Assembly: GCA_039621445.1 (NCBI GenBank)
Contig: CP154954.1
Location: forward strand, 12,518,716-12,582,715
Length of the DNA: 64,000 nucleotides
Direction of reading: 5' to 3'
Source: Euglena gracilis
Lineage: Eukaryota
This document shows, piece by piece, positions 61,311 through 64,000 of the stretch. Every line of letters starts with the position of its first letter. Position 1 is the stretch's first letter. The notes under the pieces are model-generated. The model worked only from the letters and a program-made list of their open reading frames with translations, did not search any database and was not told the DNA's origin. A program made the translations under genes and the position numbers.

Positions 61311-64000
61311 TGGCCGCGGGGCTCCGCCTCCGCCACACCGGCTGGCTGGGGTCGAGACCGCGGAGTGTGGGCGCCGGGACTTGTGCGGCACGCGCACTCG
61401 AGTGGCTGCCGGCAGATTTCATTATAATTCAGAAGACTCCACCCCCCCCCCCCCCAGGGGGGTTGGGTGTGTGGGTTGGTCTCGGGCCAGGGGGGGGGGG
61501 TCATTTTCCACTCTGAAAAAACCAGTCGGTCACTTTTTCCTAAGAACCAGTCAGTCAGTCAGGGGAGGCCACTCTTGAATTTGTTTATGTTGGCAAGGCA
61601 CCATGGTGACACAATGACATTAAAGGTATGTTCTCATGTGTGGCCCAAATTGAGAAAAAGGAGGCATAATTCTATCAGAAGAATGGTCACACAAATGTCC
61701 TCGAGTTTGCTTATTCCTTCATTATGAACATTTGCCAAAAAGTCTCAAAAAATTACCAAAAATTTCCGGCGCCTTTGCCCAGCCAGTTTTCATTTTCGGG
61801 CCTACCCCACCTCTGGGGCAGGGGTTTTTTAAGGCCCCCCCCCCCCCACCCACCTACCCTCTGGGGGGGGGGCCGCCCCCGGGGAGGGGTCCCGGGTGAT
61901 CCACCCATTTCCCCTCGAAAATGGCCAAAATTGCGAAAAATGCCAAAAATGCCAAAAATAGCACCTTTGTCAAAAATTCAAAAAGTATCCTCACTCCCCT
62001 GCAGGGGGCCCCCCAGGGGGGGGGGGGGCTCAGCCGGACCCCCCCCCAGGGGACCTCCCGGGGGGAGGTCCCAGGACGGAGGCCTGGGTGTAGGTTTTTA
62101 ACTTTTTTGTGAGAAATGTTTTTAATAATGGCCCAATTTTTACGGGCCCCCCCGGGGTCCCTTGGGGGACTTTAAAAGAGGTTTGGCTGTCGTTCCGTAA
62201 CTGTTGCATTTCCTTTTCTTGGTGTGGGATGTGAGTTTTTGACTTCGTTCAGAGGTGAGTGAGTGGGTTCCAGCCGAACTGCCTGCTGACCTGTCTGTTT
62301 ATACCATTAACTTTTTTTTCTGTATTTGCTTAATTGTTTGGGGGATCATTGGTCACCACAGCTGCAAGGTCTGTTCCTCCCTACCCCTGGCTGGTGAGAC
62401 ACCAGAATTGTTTCAAAAAAGTCAAAATCCAAAATTTTTTTGCCATTTGTCGCTTCAGCTGGAGCTCACCTTTTTCCAGCCTCGGTCCCCCAACGGCGTG
62501 GTTGGGCCCAGACGATCAGGGATGCCTTCTGCTCTCGCAGCATTATGCCCCCCCGATGGCACCCTTCGCCAGGACGGACCCATTACCCCCCATCGCAGCC
62601 CCGCAATCGTTCCGCTCTAACCCTTGGGCCGCGGCGCAGCGACCGCAGCCGCGGGCCTAGAGGAGCAGCGAGGCCCCTCCTTTCGCCCGCTGCCTGTCGG
62701 AAAGCTTCGCGGGTCCAATTCCCTGGCCGTTTCAAGGGGTGCAATTACTTGTGCCCCCCCCCCCCCTGTCCGACCACCCCCTGGTGCGTTTACCACAAAT
62801 CATTGGTCATAAGCCAAGAAGAGAGGCGCCTGCTGCGTCTCTGGATTCACCAATATATTTCATTAGAAAGTGTGTGCAGCAAGTATGCTGGTCAAGTGCA
62901 GATGAGACCAACGGTGCAGTCCGTAGTTGGGGCGTCAAAAACAATCCGCTCCAGTGTACCTTTTGCACTCCGTTCGCCCGCACCTTGCTGATTCCCCGCT
63001 TCGGTCTTCATCTGTGGTTGATGCCTCCTTCCCCTCTGCAAGTTTCCATTATCTTTTTGGTGGCTACACCCGACACCCACATATTTGGGCAATCTTTGAA
63101 AAGAACGATCATTGAACGTTTGTAAATCAGTACAATGATGAAGCAAAGCATTTTGAATTTTTTTTGTGGTGCTAATTTTATTTGGGCACATTTTCTTCGG
63201 GCCTTCAGAATTTGGGCACGTGATTTCCTCCCATTCAAAATTGTGGGTTCTCCATCACTCCGTCCGCTTGAACCACTCCACGCACCAGGCTGCAATAATA
63301 CCTACATCTTTAATCCTTCCAGGAGCTGGCCTGCCCTCATCATCGGCGATCCCTTCTTCTTGCGCCATTGTACGTTGTACTGGCCAGGACACCCGGACAA
63401 TCCACTAATATTTTTGAGCTTCTGGCTTGCAACGTTAGGGGGGAGGGGAGGCGGCTACATTCGTGTGCGCATGAAAAATATGTCTGTTCAATTGTGTGTT
63501 TTTTTGGAGGCCAAAAGTGCTTCCAGTAGCTTTCAATGGCGTGGTTATGTGTTGCTGCTGAATCAGAAAGAGTGGTGTTTGAAGAGCCCTGGAGCACTGT
63601 GAACAATGCGGATGAGTAAGATCATATTATGTACATATTGCAAGCAAAGTCTTTTTTAGGGTTCGACTATTAAAAACAAGGTGTACTTTATTTTTGCAAG
63701 ATGTATGGTTTACGGCAGTTGAGTTAAATACCAAGTATTTGAAATTTTTCCCAGCGTTGTGTTTTCGGCAGTTTATTTGAATGTGTAATCTCGAAAAATT
63801 GTCACATAAAACTCTCCAAGAAATGTGAATAATTTTTTTTATGTTTGGTATGATGGCAAGCAAATTCTGCTTGTTTGTTGTTAACAGTTTTCCTTCTATC
63901 CCCCTGCTTGGTTCCCTTGTTGATCACATAGTTTGTGAGAGTCGACCTTGTCTTTGCAGTGTCTCCTTTCTTTCCCTGTAACTCAATGTCAGATGATGAG

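Overview
Eukaryotic nuclear DNA, most consistent with a euglenid (Euglena-like) genome. Short GC-rich exons are split by a mix of conventional GT-AG introns and euglenid nonconventional introns, which have CAG at +4..+6 pairing with CTG at -8..-6. Three + strand genes could be hand-spliced: (1) a >35 kb, ~37-exon gene for a large helical ARM/HEAT-like protein (5' end outside the window, stop at 36211-36213); (2) a 6-exon Lys-rich protein with two RRM-like domains (49481-53023); (3) a PH-domain protein (55256 to ~61310). A fourth, divergent LRR gene on the - strand (~46.4-49.0 kb) is likely. Introns and intergenic DNA hold several MITE families, microsatellites, a gag fossil, Tc1/mariner and hAT transposase fossils and a 1.6 kb almost adenine-free tract. 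The main finding concerns the fixed intron register: 3 nt before CAG plus 5 nt after CTG is 8 nt, which is what would remove a CAG...CTG hAT-type element plus one 8-bp target-site duplication. One intron keeps a perfect 8-bp duplication, some intron ends match dispersed repeat termini, and both a free CAGGG...CCCTG MITE and a decayed hAT transposase lie in the window. All splicing was inferred by eye, without transcript data.
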